Shown here: one piece after another, positions 61,257 to 64,000 of the stretch
Position numbering within the stretch: position 1 is the first letter of the stretch
Layout: each line of letters starts with the position of its first letter
NCBI GenBank assembly: GCA_965235115.1
Contig: OZ249436.1
Location: forward strand, 3,908,001 to 3,972,000
DNA length: 64,000 nt
Direction of reading: 5' to 3'
Source: Laetmonice hystrix
Lineage: Eukaryota
Position numbers and translations under genes: made by a program
The notes under the pieces: model-generated
The model's database searches: none
Told to the model about the DNA's origin: nothing
What the model saw: only the letters and a program-made list of their open reading frames with translations

Positions 61257-62997
61257 ATGGATGCTGGCAAAGTGAAGACCATAATTGAGTGGGTATGTAT
61301 CAGCACTTCTATCTTCAAATGTTCAGCAAGTTGATTCATTTTAAAACCTTTAAAAGGAATCAATGAGAATCTCGTTTCAATGATTCCAAAATGAGTTGGA
61401 AGACATAGGTTAGATTTACAAGGTCTAAGTTAGACGACATAAATCAATAAATGTATACCCACAGAAAGGAAAAATCTACTGAAATTCAACTGTTGTTGCC
61501 ATGAGACATTAGACAATCGCTTCATGGCGACAACAGGGAACGGGAATGTAGAATTTCATTAGATTTCACCAGTTATGTGGGTACCGGTATACATTTATTG
61601 ATTTATAAACTGTATAACTTCCAAGGCCTTGTCTAACCTAGCGGCCCATGTCTTCACTTTGGATTGGAGTCATTGAAATGAGAGATACTCTCTGATTGCT
61701 AGTACAAGTTTACATGTAACAGTTTGATCACTCCAGATTTCAGTCTGTGAAAAGTCAACACTAAAGGAACCTTGGTACTGCAATGTGTAATGTGTCTTTT
61801 AACAACTTTAGTCTTTTTTTAATCTATATATAGGTAAACTCGCTCGCAGTGGCAGAATGCATCGAAGCGCTTTGCCAGCTGCAGGATGGGCGACATGCTC
61901 TTGCGACTGCAAACTTTATGTAAGTTTTTTGTTTTGGCGGTCTGTAATGTGGATAACGTGTGCTGCCCGGCAGGAATTTTTCTTAGGCCTATCATCTAAA
62001 AAAAAAAGGCAGTGTAGTGACCCCTGGTGGCTCTGTAGGCTGGGAGGGTAGCCGTAGGGTCTGGATAGATGGCTGCACCCCCAAGTTTGAGGTGGGTCTC
62101 TAGGGTAGAAAAATGTGGCGATCTATTGAGTATGTATACGGTATGCTTGTGGTTTCATTGGTCATTACCTCAGCGCTTTCTATTTTTGCAGAGAGGGGAT
62201 TGCACCAGTAAATATAGAATCCACAGAGGAAAGATGGACAGCCATTGTCATCTATCTTGAAGGTCAGTTGGTGAATTTCAGAGCTTTGCAGAGATATTTT
62301 TACTACACTAGAATTCTCCAATTCCAAAAGATTTTCTCACCCCACAAAGTTTGGCTATGAAGGTACCACTACCAGGCCTTTTAAAACTTATTCTAGAGCC
62401 CTAAGAACTCAGGCATGTATGCACTTTGTTAAATGTGTTCACACTAAACTTCACTAAAGCCATGCATAAAAACTTTTGTTCTCATTTTAAGGGCTGTACC
62501 AATGTGACATGAAAGGCAAGATTGATTTGAAACTCATTAAAGATAAGGGACACGATTTTGAAATTGCAAAGGTAAGGAATTGTATCAAATAATATTTTTT
62601 ATAAAAAGAGAAAACAAATATGTGATTTAAGAAATATATTTGTATAAATATTAATTGATTATCATCAAGTTTTATGCCTTAGAGTTCCAAAAGGAGAGCA
62701 TAAGAACTTCCATGGGTCCAGAGGGTACCTGACTACAAGTACTAGTCTTTATTGTGTAGTGCTCAGCATTGCTAAACATGCTTAATACATATAAATTATT
62801 ACTGCAGGTATTTCTCCTCCTGATGTCTGCATCACTGCTCTGTGAACGCAACCAAATCTTTGTGGAGCGTGCCATGTCAGTGGAGACAAATCTACAGCAC
62901 GAACTTCGAGAAATGGTCGAGTGGGTCGTTCAGCCCAACCAGAACTTAGTCGACCTTGATGCCTCCACGTTTCACCAGGTGCTCTGTAAACCTCTGG
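61257..62997 (+). CDS. NUMA1: NuMA-like protein, N-terminal Hook/CH-like domain (partial; continues right of the window)
   Basis: Phase-consistent exons 61257-61292, 61834-61919, 62192-62262, 62492-62571, 62808-62997 give MDAGKVKTIIEW-VNSLAVAECIEALCQLQDG...FEIAKVFLLL...LQHELREMVEWV, resembling the human NuMA N-terminus as recalled (WVNSLHVADPVEAVLQLQD..ELAKMTMLLL). Could be another Hook-domain family member. Confidence 0.65.
61369..61690. mobile_element. Degenerate fold-back element; half-copies at ~24760-24940 and ~63160-63320
   Basis: 61369-61490 is an inverted copy of 61545-61685. The arm ttcattagatttctccatttctgtg..cccatgtc..gaaatgaga recurs at the other two sites. Confidence 0.65.
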
Positions 62998-64000
62998 GTG
63001 AGTGTCTGTTTAAAATTCTAAGTGAAGATAGCCATATATCATTTTTACAAACTTGTGAAATTTAATTGGGGGTCTTGATTTGAATAAACAGTTGGGTTGG
63101 ATTGTTTATCACCTGGTGAATTACAATGGGTGTTCTCAAGTCAATACCAGGTCAACGTCCAGCCATGAGATCTTCACTTCATGCCGACTACAGGCAAACT
63201 GGAATGTTGGATTTCAATTAGATTTCTCCATTTCTGTGGGGATACATATTGATTTATTTAGTCAGAGGCCTTATCTGACCTAATAGCCCATGTCTACATT
63301 TTAAAAATGAGATACTCGCGTATTACATAAGTTTCTCCTGACATGCTCAGCAGCAAGTGAATAAAATCATAGGGACAACTTAGAATAGAGGATCATTTTC
63401 ATCAAATTAGTGGGCACTAATTTTTTTTGATCATCCTCCAAATTTTAATTTTGAATAGGAAGCTTTGGGGTTCAATAGGATTTGCAGATGCAGGTGTATT
63501 TGTATAATTGCTCAACTTGAAACTTTGTCTTATAAATAAAAATAATGGAATGTTGCAAGTTGCAAGCCCCTTTGTTTTCTTGACTTGTTAATTCAAGTTT
63601 TCTTGCATCAGTAATCTTTGCTTACAATTTACTAAAGGAATAGCCAGACAGTGCCTCATCCTGTAGCATATTTTATAATCATTAATATAAACTCTTATTA
63701 CTCGCACTAAATCTATTAACAGGATGAATTCTTTGTTGCACTGATTTGCTATTCAAAGCAGCTTGGGATTTGTCCATAATGTAATGTTGCAGGCCAGTGA
63801 GGTTAAAACTGGGTTCTGAAATAGATTGTAGAATTTGGTTTGTTGTCAAGTCAATTTTGAAAAGTGATAGTATTGAAGAATGCGGTTTTAGTCACTGGAC
63901 TGCAACCTCTGAATGCTTTGTTTGCTTGTTTCTTTGGATTTTTCTGTATTTCCGTGAAACTCTAAAGATTAGAGTGTCCCACTTAATGATGAAAAACTGC

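Noticed and set aside
61744..61786. Alternative first coding exon of the NuMA-like gene (..TKGTLVLQC)
   Set aside because: In-frame TGA, no ATG and only a 47-nt intron; 61257-61292 fits better.

Overview
Intron-rich animal (bilaterian invertebrate, probably lophotrochozoan; species not determinable here) genomic DNA. Most ORF-track entries are repeat artefacts, so gene models were rebuilt by hand from GT-AG sites with consistent intron phases. Genes found: (1) a minus-strand TRPA1-like channel (~16-17 ankyrin repeats plus S1-S4) running off the left edge; (2) complete RPL3 (-, 9 coding exons, 405 aa), head-to-head with (3) NDUFB10 (+, 167 aa); (4) TMEM186 (+); (5) a C7orf50/WKF-domain gene (-, ~323 aa); (6) the 5' part of a NuMA-like gene (+). 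Main observations: the last RPL3 intron holds six tandem copies of one H/ACA snoRNA whose first pocket matches the 28S PTC site equivalent to yeast Psi2944 (snR37/SNORA10 function). Other RPL3 introns carry U83-, U81- and snR57-like C/D guides, and intron 3 has a candidate poison (NMD) alternative acceptor. In the TRPA gene, many intronic minisatellites are built from copies of the neighbouring splice junction, giving long arrays of decoy donors/acceptors. Numerous MITEs and nested non-autonomous DNA elements are also present. All homology statements rest on recalled sequences, not database searches.
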